A stretch of DNA of 64,000 nucleotides from Anthoceros angustus (lineage: Eukaryota > Plantae > Anthocerotophyta), in NCBI GenBank assembly GCA_010909165.1, contig MU008203.1:372001-436000 (forward strand), given 5' to 3'. The translations under genes were made by a program, and so were the position numbers. Under the pieces are notes generated by a model. The model searched no databases and was not told the origin of the DNA. It saw only the letters and a list, made by a program, of their open reading frames with translations. Below, in pieces: positions 12,742-26,907 of the stretch (position 1 is the stretch's first letter; each line of letters begins with the position of its first letter).

Positions 12742-13630
12742 CTGCCCACCGTGCGGACACTTCCGCCCACAGCCCACCAAGCTCGGAATCCCGAACAGAA
12801 AACACCGAGAAGAGGGCAGAAAATCCTGGAGCTTGGCCGCCCTGATTGCTGCTCGCTGCTCTGGGACTACCAGTGCCCGGTGCGCTTAAGAAGGCGGTTC
12901 CAGGAATTTCCAGAACCGCCGCATGGTGAGAAATTGTGAGAATCCGGCGGGAGCGTGAAGACGCCCGAGAGCGTGTCCTATTGCCGATGGAACCTCAAGT
13001 TCGAAGGAGAAGCAGCCCGGGTTTACTGGCGGGTAATTTCACGCGAATTCCGGCTGGCGTCCCACGCGTCGAGAAAATACCACCTGGAAAATCGGCTCGC
13101 TATCCGGGCAGGCTCGCTTCACCAGGTGTCTGTGTTTTGAGAACGTTTGGGTTGCCACGTCCACAGTTGGGGTTGGGACCTTGACTGGTATGGACGCATG
13201 ATACAGGACACATGTCCACCGCCGGTCACCAATAGCACGAGGCCCGGTCGGTCTCAAATCGATCCTCAAATGGTTAGGTGTACGTTCTCTACAAAGCCGG
13301 AGAAATTTGATTTGAGTCTAAAAGGATTCAGGGACTGCCTAACGCAATACGTAAGCGGAAACATCGGGGGAGGATGTATGACAGACATGTAGATCTATTA
13401 GCTAAGGGCCCTTGATGCCTTACAACAAAAGGCCACTAAGGGCTAAGATGGGGGAGCCTAGAAGGGCTTTAGCGTTACTTTCCCTAACGACCTTTGTTTT
13501 CAGTGGCTCATGGCACATAATCCAATTGTCTTTGCTTTACATGTCCGTAGCAAGTTTGTGCCTTTGATGGTGGTTATCCATGTGAACACTTTGACCGGTG
13601 ATTGAAAGGTATGATGAGTACGGCAGAACA

Positions 13631-13958
13631 AGTTCTCTAGAAAGCCTTAAGAACATGGAGCATCGTGAATAAAAAGTTCTCTGGAAAGCCTTGAGAACAT
13701 GGAGCATCGTGAATAAAAAGTTCTCTAGAAAGCCTTGAGAACATGGAGCATCGTGAATACTCTAGAACTCTAGCCTTGAGTGACTTTATCGGGTTGCCAT
13801 AATATTCTATTGTGTTTACAGTAATAATCCGACTCGTTTATTATAGCAATTGGCATGTTTTCATCTTCTCCTAGACCTCGAGATCGGTCTACCTCACACA
13901 TTTCAATGGTTAAGGCCTCGAGATCGGTCTACCTCACACATTTCAATGGTCAAGGCCT
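13631..13958. repeat. Short tandem repeats (3 x 44 bp and 2 x 40 bp), probably TE/LTR-derived
   Basis: AGTTCTCTAGAAAGCCTT(A/G)AGAACATGGAGCATCGTGAATA starts at 13631, 13675 and 13719. CCTCGAGATCGGTCTACCTCACACATTTCAATGGT starts at 13876 and 13916. Confidence 0.9.
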
Positions 13959-14346
13959 TAAGTTGATTCCACGCATAGAGTGATTGCACACACCTTTCTG
14001 CGAGAAGAGCCAGTGTTGTAAATCGACGAGCCGATAATGGCAACTAGAATTAAAGAGGAATACAGGTAAAACATGTCAGGCTTTAAAGTGATGTTGGGTA
14101 TCCTTATAGAAAATGAGGACACTAGAAGGTGCCATTTAGCCCATGAAAAGTGACTCTTATAAATGATAAGTAGTACATCAAGGGCAAAGACAATTAGCAT
14201 GAGCACATGACACGTGCCTCATACCGGGAGCAATCTAACCAAGGTTCGCTTAACCATGAAGTTCTTACAAATTTGTGGGTTTTGTGAAGGACTCCTCACA
14301 CTAGGGGTGACGGCGAGCCTCAAGCAGGATGGTACTTACGAGTCTA

Positions 14347-17300
14347 TGTTGGTTTTCTAATCAGAGATGTAAACAAAAGCAGACTTTGCATAATGAAATA
14401 AAAACATTTTCAACATAGTGACTGTGCCCTTTTATACTTGACTAACTAACCACGACTCCCCTAACCCTAGTTAGGTTACTTAACTAGAGGTCAGCTTTTA
14501 TCTCAACACTCCCTCTAAAGCGCCTACTAGGTTAAGACCTAAACGTGGTTCACATAGCCAGGAACTCCCGCTAACGCCCCATATTGACAGGAGGCCTAGC
14601 GTAAGGGAGGACAAAGGCACAGCGATGGAAGCCTTCTTTGTTACGTCCCTACGCGTCACAGCCGTGTCATGCCGTATGATACTAATCTCTGCACTTGGGT
14701 TTAGTATTTGATTAGCATTAATTAATCTAATTACTTATCTCTAAATATCTATATATCTGCGTATTAGATTTGTTTGCTTGGTTGTTGGTCGAGGAAATGC
14801 TTATATGAATTCAAGTGCTTATCTCGTGCGACAGCCGCCACCGCCAGTCTTGTTCTTGTACACCCGCTTGAGCCGCTTTGACCGTCTCACGTGTTCATGA
14901 TTCCGCCGTGACTTTTGACGGTGGTGGGGTCAGTGCAATTCTAAGTGTAGGCTGTGAGGAGCCGACTCACGAAACATTCACTACAACATTGGGAACCTTC
15001 GGGTTCCCAAACCCTCCTCCTCCTCCCCACCTCCTCCCCTCCCCATCTCCGAGATAAGTGCTCAACTTGTGCCATGGAAGTAGTCAAAGTAATTCCCGAG
15101 CCCTAGGCCTGCTAGATGTTTATAGTGCTTATGCTTAGGCAGGCCTTTGGTGAGGATATCAGCCACATTCTCGTCTGTGTGGGTATAGTCCACTTTGACA
15201 ATCCCTCTTTCCACTACATCTCTCACATAGTGATGCTGGATTTCTATGTGATTTGTTCGTGCATGGAACCTAGGGTTAGCCACCAGCGCTAACACTGACA
15301 TGTTGTCACAGTGCAGAAATGTGAGCAATTTTTGCTCTTGGTCTAGGTCTTTAAGAAAACTGCATTCCCATTCAGCTTCCTTAGAGGCATCTGTGAGTGA
15401 CTTATACTCAGCCTCCATAGAAGATAAGGCGATGGACAACTGCTTCTTACATGACCATTTGACCATCATGGAGTGACAAAGATGAAGCAATAGGTGGAAA
15501 GGCTTTTCCCGAATGAAGGTTCCATGCCCACGCCATCCTGTACCCTCCAAGGTTAACTTACGTTGCCCTGAACTTTTGTAGAATAGACCTGTTGTTCGTG
15601 TGCCCTTAAGGTACCTGAAGATCCTCTTAACTGCCACCCAGTGGGCTTTGCCAGGTCGTTCAAGGAACTGTGAAACAGTGCTTACAGCATACTGGATGTC
15701 TGGTCTCGTCCAGTTAGCAATGAAAATGAGACTTCCTACAGCATGCCTGTAAGGGATGTCCTTCATTTCCAGCATGTCTGCCTCGGACTGTGGGCACTGT
15801 TCACTGGTAAGGTTATCACCTGTAGTGAAGGGTGTTGTTGCTGGCCTAGCTTGATCCATCTTGAACTTACGGAGGATATCTCCTATGTACTTGTGCTATT
15901 GTATGATTAGCAGCCCTTCTTGCCTAACCCTCAGGATCTGTATTCCCAAATAGAACCTGAGTTCGCCGATGTCCTTCATGTGAAATCTTGTGCTAAGCAT
16001 GGTCTTGACCTCGGCTAATAACGGTTGGCTGTTTGTTGCGAGGATCACATCATCCACATACAAGGCCAGCACAACGAAGTCTGTTCCTCGACTAAGAGGA
16101 TAAACGTTGGAGTCTGCTATACTCTGTGTGAAGTTGATACTAAGGAGGTACAGATGCATGGTTATGTACCAGACTCTTCCACTTTGTTTGAGCCCGTAGA
16201 TACACTTGAGGAGCTTGAGTATTTTCCTTGGATGATGCTTGTCTTCGTATCCCTCAGGTTGCATCATGTAAAGTTCCTCATCTAGGGCACCATACAGAAA
16301 GGCTGTACACACATCCATTTGCTGCAGATCTAGGTCAAGTTTGGCAGCCAGTGCTAGCAAGATCCTAATGGACTGTGCGCGGACGACAGGTGAGAAGGTC
16401 TCCTGGTAGTCTAGGTCCTCCACCTGTGTGAAGCCCCTTGCTACGAGCCTTGCCTTGTAGCGGGCAATCCCTTGTGCATTAAGCTTCAGTTTAAAAACCC
16501 ACTTACAGGATATGGGTTTCCTTCCCTGTGGCAGGTCAATAAGCACCCAAGTCTCGTTCTTGATCAGGGACTGGTACTCGTCCTCAACAGCAGCTTTCCA
16601 TTGAGCCCTATCAGACCCTGCTATGGCCTCCTTGTATGAGGTAGGCTCAACAGCGACTAGGATATCGACAGTGGCTCCGAGTGATCGCCAGTCGATGGAC
16701 TCATACCGTGGTTCACGCCGAGTCGTGGGTGGATGATGCCCGGTGGATCGCTGACTCGTGTTCGTTCGCTGCGCAAGCACCGCCGCCTCCGCTCATATCC
16801 GCCAGTTATCTCCGCCCTATACAATGACATCGTTAAGTGCATCATGCTGATCATTGTTCTCATCATTGCCTTGATCAATTTCCCTCTTTGGTGCGAGACC
16901 CGATTGGTCAGGGTCAACTAGCACAGCCTGGGGAGCTGCGGCTACTGGGGCAACAGGTGGTATGACAAGTGCCGCCAGGGGCTCGGCATCATCTTGAGGA
17001 TAATGTACATCATCAGCATCGTCTTCGGTAGGAATGACAGCTCCCTATGAAGAGGGCGTGAGAAGAATGGGCTGGATGGCTCCAAAAGTGACGTCACATC
17101 AAGGGTGACAGCTTTTTGAGTTGTCGAAAAGCTTATAAGCTTTGCCTACTATAGCCGACAAATGCAGGAGTTGCGCCTACGGATCGAGTTTCTGCGCTCC
17201 CGCAAGAATGTAAGCATAGGCCTTGGACCCAAAAACACGAAGGTGAAGGATGGTCGGCTTGCGATGCCAAAAGACTTCAAAGGGGGTTTGGCCAGGCACA

Positions 17301-18997
17301 GAGCTTGTAAGCACTCTGTTCAAGATGTATGTGGCTGCCACAACCGCCTCAGCCCAAAATTCCTGTGGTAAGCCAGCCCACAAAAGCATACTACGTGTCA
17401 TAGAAAGTAGGGTCTGATTTTTACGCTCATCAACCCCGTTTTGTTGCTGGGTGTAGGGGACAATCAGCTGGCGCTGAATGCCATGCTCCTGGAGAAAGAC
17501 ATCAAAGGCATGGTTGACAAACTCCATCCCGTTGTCTGTGCGAAGCATCTTGAGGAGGCAGCCAGACTGCCTCTGCACCACAGGTAACCATTCCTGGAAA
17601 AAATTAAGGGTATCGCTCTTCAAATGCATCGGATAGGTCCAGGAGTATCTGCTGAAGTCATTAGTGATAGTTAGATAATATTGAGCACCCCCCAGAGAGG
17701 GCTCATTGATTTTTTCCAGAGATGTCAGCATGGACTAACTCCAGCAAACATTTTGCTCTATTGGCATGCTTTGGAAATGGGAGCTCCCTCTGCTTGGCTA
17801 GGATGCAAGACTCGCAGATAAGGAGATCCATAAAGCAAGGTGGGAGTGGCTCCCTATGGCAGGACTGTTTTGACATATCTATTAGCTTATGCCTGTTGGC
17901 ATGGCCTAAACGTGCATGCCACAAGGATGCTAGCTGCTTGGGATGAAGGGAAACTCGGGAATAGGCAACAGTGGCGAACACACCGACCACCAACAGTGTC
18001 GTGGTTCCGTAACACCTTGGAATGAACACTTCGCAGGATGGTCAATCTTGTAGAAGCAGCAGCTCTCACTATCGACTCGCACTCATAAACACGAGTTTGC
18101 ATCAGCTTGCTCAACGAGAGGAGGTTCTTGGCCATATCCGTACAAAGAGGACATCATGCACGCATGAAGGTCAACCCATCGTGAGTAGGAAAGTACAGTT
18201 CCAACCCTCAACTCAGAAGCTTGTGTCACTCCGCTCATCTCCTAACAAAACCTTGTCTTCATATGACATGTTCAAGTTAGAAACAAAGCTTTATCATTGC
18301 GTATGTGAGTTGTAGCCCCGAATCAAGGTACCAAGAATCAAAGATCGCAAGCAACGAGCTTGTGAGGCAAACGGTGAGAATCTTCACAGACCCTTTCGAG
18401 CTTTCTCCCTTTTCCTTAACAACAATGTGGGCTGACTGCTTGTGTGGCTGAACCTTCTGTGGCTCACCGGCCTTCTTTTTCCGGCAATCACGAGCCCAAT
18501 GTCCGGCAATCCCACACCAATTGCAGTTGCCTGTTCGCTTGGGTGTAGCGGAAGAACCAGAGTTGAAGTCTGAACGACCTCCAGGTGCTCTTCCTAACCC
18601 GCGTTGTGTTCTGACTCTTGCACTCAGAACCTTATCCCCCTTTGACCTATGTCCTCCAGAGGTATTAAGACGCCCTTGTTCTTCTTGAAACAGGGCTCCT
18701 ATGACATCCTCGACCGTCACGAGAGGAGCGGCACCAGCTACTTGGGGTTGGCGTATAGGACCATTGAAGTCATGAATGAAGGTCTCAAAAAGACGGAGGC
18801 AATGATGTGAGTAGTTGGGCCGCCTCAACTTCATCCATCTTGGAACCAAAGGCAGCCACTGGGCTCTCTAGCTGATTTAAACCTCAGAACGTGAGGAGCG
18901 ACCTCGTCCCCTCTCAGGTCAAGGTCAGAAACTCATGATGACACAAGGTGTGCATATTCAGACGCAGGTTGTCCGAGTTGATCCCAGATACCCCTTC
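14347..18997 (-). mobile_element. Ty1/copia LTR retrotransposon, frameshifted; 5' end lost or interrupted within gag
   Basis: Minus-strand domain order is gag knuckle (CNWCGIAGHWARDC), protease (WYLDSG), GAG-pre-integrase (LWHARLGH), integrase (RTDNGMEF, QQNG), RT (CKWVFK, ARLVARGF, LYVDD) and RNase H (CDN, ADILTK). A PPT (AGAGGGAG) precedes a candidate 3' LTR TGTTGA...CCAACA at 14508-14347 that contains TATAAAA. Confidence 0.93.
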
Positions 18998-20759
18998 CGT
19001 GGCGCCGACTTTTGTCACGGCCACCGCGCCGCATAATCCTGTCGCCAGGAAGGAGTCCGCTCTCAAGGGAATGGTCTCGCGGTTATTCTCGGCATTTACA
19101 AAATTTACTTTAACGGACTTCATCAAAGGTCCGCCAAGGGCTCCACAACCCTAAGTGTGTGCCCTCCACAACTCGTCGACCAAAGCGCAGCCCACCGGAC
19201 TTCCCACAAACCCCCGGATTTCCAAGACTACCGAAAGTTTAACGACGCTGCCTCCTCTCACGCCCACGACTTAGCGCCCCCTCCTCAACTCACCGTCCGC
19301 CACAACTCCACCTCAACACACACAACAAGAATACCCACCCTTCTTCCTTATCCATTCCTGTGCCTAGTAGTCATAAACACCAACACGCCTGTGTATCTAC
19401 ATACCAGTCATTTTGTTCTTCCCGGGTCAGCTTCACGCTCATGGAGAAGTGGGCTCTCAGCGAAATCGTGATCCCCACACCCTCCGGCTCCAAAGCAGCC
19501 TCTCAAGGACATGGCTTCCGCCCAAAGAAATCACCCCTAAGCGCCCCAATCTCTCTCTCGGGCCGGCCTATGCACGCTCAAGGAGAAGTGGCTTGGCAGC
19601 CTGTGATCCCCATGTTTCCTCTGGCTCCAAGAAATTTCTCCAAGGATGGCTTCCGCCTCAGCAGGTCGCCCCTCAAGCGCCTCCTAATCCTCCTACGGCC
19701 TAATGCTCATGAGAAGTGGCTTGTACCGTGATCCCTCACAAATTGCTCAGCAGCCCAAGGAAATGGCTTCATGATGCCTCCGCCCACAGTCACCTCCTAA
19801 GCGCCTTGAGTCCTCTCCGGTCAGTTTGCATGCTCATGGAGAAGTGGGCTGGGCACTGCATCCCCATACCTCCAGCTCCAAAGAAATTTCTCCAAGGATG
19901 GCTTCCGCCCAAAGAAAGTCACCCCTAAGCGCCTTGCATCTAATCCTACCGCTTCCACTGCTCCGCTGGAGGCTGGGCTCACTGTGATCCCCATGTACCC
20001 GGCTCCAAAGCCTTTCCATAGTCCTGCACCGAGAAATCACCTCATGAGCACCTCCCGAAAGCCCAGTCCGATCCTTGGGCCCCAGCACCTACCATGTTGG
20101 CTGGAGCTCGCTACCGGCAGCTCTAAATACATCCTCTACCACTCAATTAACTCGCACTTCTGACGCAGGAACTCACCTCGCCTCCTGAAAGCACTCAAGG
20201 CAAGAGCGCATGAGTTTGATGGTACCTCGGAGGTCTCCCCTCTTGCACGCCCGGCCTCCCTTTTACATATCCCCAACACCCTAATCTACCCAATTCCATG
20301 TGTATGTACTTAACCCCCGGATCATGGTAACTGGCCGGCCGACCGACTGACCGAATCACTACCGGCCGGACTTACCCGGCCGAACGCCGCCTCTACCGAC
20401 CGGACTTTCCCGCTTAACCGGGCCGCCGATCGTTCAATTCACGAACACCGCCGGGCCGACGCACTACCTGCTTCGACCGACTCGACCCATCTCAATTCAC
20501 GGACTGACCCGACTCACCCGGCCGACCCTCGATCGAACACTCACTCACGGACCTCGACCGGACCATCTGGCCGGACTGGATCGGACCACTCCGCTCTGGG
20601 ATTCGACTCGGGATTGATTCACGTGACCGCTTCCTGACCAATTTAATTCAATTCCGACCTGACCTGTTCGCGCCCCAACGGACTCCATGGGGTTAGGATT
20701 GCACTCTAAGTGCTAATCCGCCAAACGCCTACCGGGCTAACTCCCTCCCCATCCCCACA
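18998..20759 (-). mobile_element. Long LTR-like segment related to family A, abutting the broken copia gag
   Basis: The terminus GTGGCGCCGACTTTTGTCACGGCC...CATAATCCTG...AAGGAGTCCGCTC matches the termini at 31540, 42381 and 56441. The far end is tentatively placed at CCCCACA (20759). No TSD was confirmed. Confidence 0.6.
19437..20050. repeat. About 5 degenerate tandem copies of a ~132 bp unit inside the LTR-like segment
   Basis: GCTCA(T)GGAGAAGTGG...GTGATCCCCA...GCTCCAA...ATGGCTTCCGCC...CCTAAGCGCC recurs near 19437, 19576, 19705, 19833 and 19965. Confidence 0.85.
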
Positions 20760-21844
20760 GAACGGTAATCTAAAATAAAACAACGCTAAAACCAAATGCT
20801 GTGGAGTGCGTGGACACTCTGGCTGGCACTCCACACCTTCCCAAATGTGCAGAGTGGTAATCTACATCGCACGGTGGACCTCTAAATTCCCTAATTCAGT
20901 AGTGCAACGGCAATCAATTGTTCTCAACTCGATCCCATTTTTCTATTTCTCTGTGAGTCACGGGGTCAGATTAAGCGTGTGCTGGACCGGGCTTGTGGAG
21001 AGTCCTACTCCAAGTACTCACCTTCCACACCCCTCCGCCACTGTAGTTGATTTCATGGACTTTCCAAATGTACTGGTCCTGCTGAATCGGTCCTTCCTTC
21101 AGTGTCCGAGGTAAACGTGAATAATTAAGAGGTTGATGCTCAACCGGATTGCTTCCGACATGGTTACTACATAAATTCGGACATGACACTGCCCATTAAT
21201 GGTATTAAATTTGCAGCTCTGCTCTCGAATCATGAAGGAGGCTACCAATTGCTGTGAGATGAAAAAGCATTCATCACATGCCCGCTCATGGTTATGCCAC
21301 TCAGTTAGTTAGCTAGCCGGCCAGTGTTTCGCCTCAAAGTAATTAGTTCTTCTTCTCGATGTATGTATATGCCCGACAAGCATCGGGATCTAGTTGCAGG
21401 CATGCATCCAAGGCAAAGCGAATTCAAAGGATACGGGCGACAAGATACATGATGTATCCAAATCCGCCTGCCCCCGCCTCACGGCCTCGCTCCTCAAAGA
21501 CATGTGAAGACGCCACCTAAACAAGTGGCTTTACAGTAATGAGTTTTGAAGCAATAGGCAAAACCCTAACCTACTGCTTTTTTAAAACGAATGCGTTGCT
21601 CGATTGGGGTAGCAGCCAAGAAATGTCGAGGGTGGCAAAGGCGCCTTGCAGGTGGGCCAAGGTGGTGATGGATCGCCTCGCGCCTCGCACTCGGTCAATA
21701 TCGCTTTCTATATCCCCTCGCAGGCCAAGCCAAGAATTTCTGGCACCTCAGCAGAAGCTTCACCAAGGAACCTGGATTTCTTTTGATGCTTTAGGGCCCG
21801 CTCGACAAAATGTCCTCTTCAAATTTCATGTGAGATGGTTCAAG

Positions 21845-24800
21845 GTGGAATGCAAAAGCTTGGGCAACCAGCCTAAAAAGAGCTTAGAGGGAAGAACGGT
21901 CAAGTTTGATTTTTTGGCTAAGAACCATCAATACTGGCGTCATGCTGGAATTTTTCCTCGAACTTTTGAGCCGTGGGAGTTGCCGAAGATATTGGTAGGA
22001 AAGCTGCGTGAGGGGATATCCTCGGGAAAAGAAATGGGTTAAAACGACCCCTGTGCTAGTAGACAGAAGGCAACCGAAAGGTCGGTAGGGCTCAAGTGAC
22101 TACATCGTCAGAGGTTGCTGCCACACCACGCCAGAGGGTTTCAGAGGAACTAATCATGTAAGTCAAGTGTATCATCAGCGGTGTAGGCTGACTCGAAATT
22201 CCCCGCAGGAAGAAAGGAATATCCAATTATAATAAATAGATATTCCATCATATATGTCACCAATAGGGAATAAATAGGATTAATTAGAAGGTGACTAATT
22301 AGGGAAGATAGGGCAAAATAGGTAATTTAGGAAGTGCTTAGGTATTTAGAATGTTGAACCAAATCTAGTTGGGAACTCTCCTGTGCAATCCACGAGGGCA
22401 AAGCTTTGGGCTTCTCTCCGAACGGGGCGCCCTCACTTCGCGAAGAGCCGACCGGAGCCGGGAGCGTAAAGAGGAAAAGGGAGAAGAAGGTTGGGTTCAT
22501 CACTAACGCCATCGCTTACCGCCGCTGAGCCAAGAGGAAGGAGATTGCGCTACCAAATCAAGAAGGAGGAAGAACCCTACCTACGAAATGAGCAAAGAGG
22601 AGAAAGGAGAGGACGAACTGTGGCACCTTCAAGGCGCCAGGCGCCAAAGGAGTGAGAGCTCTCCAACGCCAGCATCAAGGTAGTTGAAGTGGAGGCACGA
22701 GGGCTCGACCATCCAAGCCTCGCAAAGTGTTGAGGGCGCCAGGAAGAGCTCCGCGACTATTTACTAGCGGCGCCTTACCCGAAGGAGAAATCGCGAGGAA
22801 AAATTGGCAGTAGCGCCGCCAGGGACTAACGCTGTACCTTGTGCCTGTGGGTCGCCGCTGACAGAGGGAGAAGGCTTGGAGTGAAGCCCGAGATGTGACC
22901 TGAATTGGGAGTAATTCTCCTGCACTTTGGAGAGGGAAAGGCACCATGCCTCGAAAGGTGAAAAGGCAGGAAGGGGAAGGCTACCGCCAAGGGCCTCTCC
23001 TCGCGAGGAGGAAGAGGAAGAAGGCAGAGCCGCGCCGCCGTGAGGAGGCTGATGCCCCACCACTGCTTTATGCAACCTCAACCCCGTGACTTGGTGGATT
23101 TTAGGCAAGAAGAGGAGGAGAACATCCACTGGGATGGGTGTATACGCCAATGGCCTACACTAATTTGGAATGATTGAGGAGTGTTACATCAATCTCCATC
23201 AATCGAGGCAGCCTTGCCGCACGAGGAATGCTCGGACCGACCGCCTGGACCGTAAGCATTCGGCTGTGTATGGAGAGAGGAGGAGAGCTCCGGAATTGCT
23301 CTCCTCGAGAGGACAAATGGGAAGAGGCTCCGAAATTCCCAGTGAGCTCGACATGATGGACGGAGGAGTGAAGGCCCATGCCAAGAATGGCCGGAAGAGG
23401 CATCAAGGAGTCAAAGGCTCTTGCCAAGATTGTGGGTTGGTAATTACCAAGGACCTCTATTTCAAGACCAACTTCCTCCACTTTTGTGGAAGATTTCTGA
23501 GGAGCCAAGCCGGATTGGGGCAATGTATGAGGCCTACATCCACCGGGAGAAGCTCCTCAAGCCAAATTCGTGGATGAGGAAGGGCCAAGGCTATCCTCAG
23601 CACCTATTTGGTGCATTTGTGGGAAACGGAAGGGCTCCCAAGCAGTTGGAAGATGCTTGGCATCCTTCTGAGATAATCCTCCAAAGCTTGAGAAAGGCCT
23701 TGCCTTTGCATTGAGGAAGACCATGGGAGGTCACTCCACAAGCATGTGCCCAAGGAAGAGGAGGTGGAGGCAACAAGGTTGCCGGGAGTGGGAGGCCTTT
23801 TCCCCACAAGAGAGCAAGGAGGGAGAGCAAGATCCGCCAGAGGGCCAAGTGGTAGTCTATGAGAGGAGGACTACACGGGGGTGATGCCCCAAGGTGGGGA
23901 GTCCCCACCATTTTGGTGCCTAGAGAGGCAGGCACCCCACCCCGGCAGGCATCACTGTGGTAGGCAGCCCCACCACTGTAGGGTAGCACTACCGCAGAGG
24001 CACACCACTGCGGAGGTGCACCCCACGTGGGGAGAAGCCCACGCAGGTAGGGAAGGGGAAGAGGAGGAGGGCCAAGGCGCCAGCCGCCATCACCCGCTGG
24101 TGGAAGGAGAGCGGATGGAGCGACGTGAGGGCACGCACCGCGATGGCCCCAAGGAGAGGGAGCTGGAAATTTCCAGCAAGAGGCCAGGGCAATTGGGCCC
24201 CTAGAGAGATTGCCGAGTGCTTGTGAAGCACTCACCGTGTGGATTTGAAGGGGCTAGAGCTAGCAGCCTCCTTGGGGGCAAGGGAGGAAGTCAAGGCCCA
24301 AGAGATGACAGAGGGAGGGACCAAATGGCAATTGGAGGCCATGGAGTCCGACGAGAAGGCAGCCAAGTTGGAGAAGGTGGAGAAGCTCCAACGACCTTGT
24401 GGATCGCGCTGAGAAGGTCGGAGGAAGGTTGGCCAAACAGGAGAGAGCTATTCCCAACCCAACGGGACTTGGAGGCAAAAGGCGAGGAGCATTTTGCCCA
24501 CCTAGAGAGAGGAAAGAGCAAGGCCGAGGCTCTAGGAAGAGAAAGCGGTCCAGCAATGGACGAGCAGTGATGGCTACCCAAGCCATCAAACTGGACATGG
24601 AGGAAGAAAAGTGAGGACCACAATTTGGAGGAGAAGCGCTGGAGTCGCTCAAGACCAAGAATTGCAGTGGAGCGGAGAAGAGTGTGGCAAGTGGAGAGGA
24701 AGGGCTTGCCAACAAGTGGACTGGAGGAGGAGGTCCGAGGAGGAGCACCACAAGAAGGTCATAATTGGTGGTGAGGAAGAGAAGGTTTTGGGCGATTATG

Positions 24801-26907
24801 CCCGCGAAAATTGGCCAACCACCGAGAGAAGCAAGGAGGAGAATGTGACCTCCATGTGAAGGTGGGGAGAATTGACCACCTCAAGGGATGCCTACAAGGG
24901 TAGGTGTGAAGATGGAGAGTGGCCCACTGAGATTGATGATCTCCAAATGCAATATCATAGCGGGCGCCTCACAACAGATATTGAAGGCCAACAACGAGGT
25001 ACATTGGCCAAGAGGAGGACATTGGGTCCTCATGATGATGACAGGAGCTGCAACAGTGCAGCCGAGGCCTCCGATTTTGATGAGGCCATGACATGGACTC
25101 CGAGGAGTCCGAGAGGAGATGGAGAGGAGAGCCAAAGCGCCAAGGAGGAAGATGGCGCGAGAGCAAGGAGGGGGCCAGCCCACCTGGGGTCACCACCACG
25201 GTAGTCCGCCACTACCGTGGTAGGCGCCCCACGCCCGGTAGTCCGCCACCACCGGTAGGCGTACCTCGGGGCCCGAGGGGAGTCCGTGAGGCCCGGCTCA
25301 GGATGAAGGAGCTGGGGGTCCGACATACCCCCGGAGAAGGAGACAGGGAGGAGACAACCCACCTGAAGACAAGGACGGGTCCACCCCGAGGAAGGAGGGT
25401 GAGAAATTCCTCACCCCACGATAAGAGGAACCCGGGGAGGAGGACCAATGCAAAAAGGCCCGGAGGAATTAGTAGACATCACGCCAAATGGGGAAAGATC
25501 CTTTGAAGACATGCTCCATGATAGGTATGGACAAACCAAAGCAGGAAAGAGAGGATCTTAACCCGTGGACCGCGAAGAGAAGGAAAAGGGGAGATAGCGA
25601 CTACCATGGTAGTCACACCCCCGTAGTCCGCCACACTACCGCGGTAGGGTGATTGAAGAAGCGCCAGGCTGGAAAAAGGGCGCCAGGCTGAGGGGGGCTG
25701 CGGAGGGCAAAGGAATCAAGGCGCACCTCGAAAAGGAAGGGGCAATGGTACTTGCCCCACACACTTAGGAAGAAGACAGATCTGGGAGAAGGAGAGCAAA
25801 AGAGGGCAAGGAGCCAACCAGACGCCACCACCCCACAAGAAGATGAGGACTAGGTAGGGTCAAAGACCCTAAATGATGAGAGGAAAAATAGGAAGGATAA
25901 GTGATGTAGACTGACATCCTTTAAGGATGATCTTGGGTGAAGTTACTAGAATAGAATTTACCTATAATCAGACAGTAGACTTAGATGCCAGGTCTTAAAT
26001 AGTGACGGTAGGAAACAATAAAATATTGAAAAAGGTGACCTGCAACGTGGTCACCCGAGGGAGGTTGTATGTGGAAGGCCTCCTATAAGAGGAGGAGGAT
26101 TTCACAAAGTAAAGTATCGCCTGCGCCCATACTCATCGAGTCCTTTGCCCTTGTAAAGAATTTCGTGTGAGCCAACGCAGTCATTCTGCAGAGGAAGTCA
26201 TGGGAGTGTTGGTGGAGGACTTGCTTGCTCACGCAAGTGCGCCTAAACGAGTTGCTCCCTTGTGAATGGTTGTGAAATTGCTTTGCTTTGGGTGTGGCAA
26301 TGCCGCCTGTGAACCTCGGCTTGAGGGTAGATCCATGTGAAAGACCTGGAGGTTCTCACCGTGTGTCAAACTCACAGCAACCGCCCAAGGAAGAACTTGG
26401 TGGAGGCCGACCCCTGTGCTGGCAGTGAGCCGAGGCCAAGAAGCCGAACCGAGGTTAGAATAGGAGGAAGAGGAGGAGAAGATGAGTAGAGGATTAGAGT
26501 GTATGTTAGTGGAAGGCCACAGAGCCTAAGGGACGAATCCCAACTGCAAGTAAAAGGCGCCTCGAGGGAGAAGAGTGGTCTTAGAAGTAGGGACGAAATT
26601 GCGGACTGTGGGGTCCCCGGCGCCCGGATAGGCCTCATCGCAGGTGACCGAATTGTGTGTCGTTGTAGGTCGAGGATTGCGATTTTCTAGCAAGGCAAGT
26701 GGTGCGCTGCTGTGAAGAGGGAGAGTAGAGGGCTTGCTTGTTTGAAGGCTGAGAAATTGTGTCACTACAGGTAGCGATTGTTTTCCCCGAGACCCGATCC
26801 TTCACACAAGTCTCATGGGATGAAACCCAACGATGGAAACGACAAAGGGGGATAAGTGTGGCCGCTTAGAGGGGGGAAGTCTCTAAGCTCCAGGGTTTTC
26901 CCCCACA
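21845..26907 (+). mobile_element. Probable Ty3/gypsy element, family B: internal region, degenerate extra ORF and 3' LTR
   Basis: Homologous to 45427-45848, 48912-50056 and 36700-37400 (reverse). The decayed ORF contains MIEECYINLH, resembling the LxxEFYxN motif of Athila-type extra ORFs, followed by a Glu/Arg/Lys-rich tract. The LTR-like end has TATAAGAGG (about 26084) and AAGTAAAGTATC, and ends GGGTTTTCCCCCACA as at 28616 and 38201. Confidence 0.65.

Noticed and set aside
13631-13958. Direct repeats resembling a CRISPR array
   Set aside because: The units are contiguous with no unique spacers, the context is eukaryotic and there are no cas genes.
19437-20050. Regularly spaced repeats as a possible array or ncRNA cluster
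   Set aside because: The whole ~132 bp unit is repeated and degenerate, and it lies within an LTR-like segment.
18998-20759. Solo LTR with target-site duplication
   Set aside because: The flanks (CCTTC and GAACG) do not match and the copia gag does not resume on the other side.
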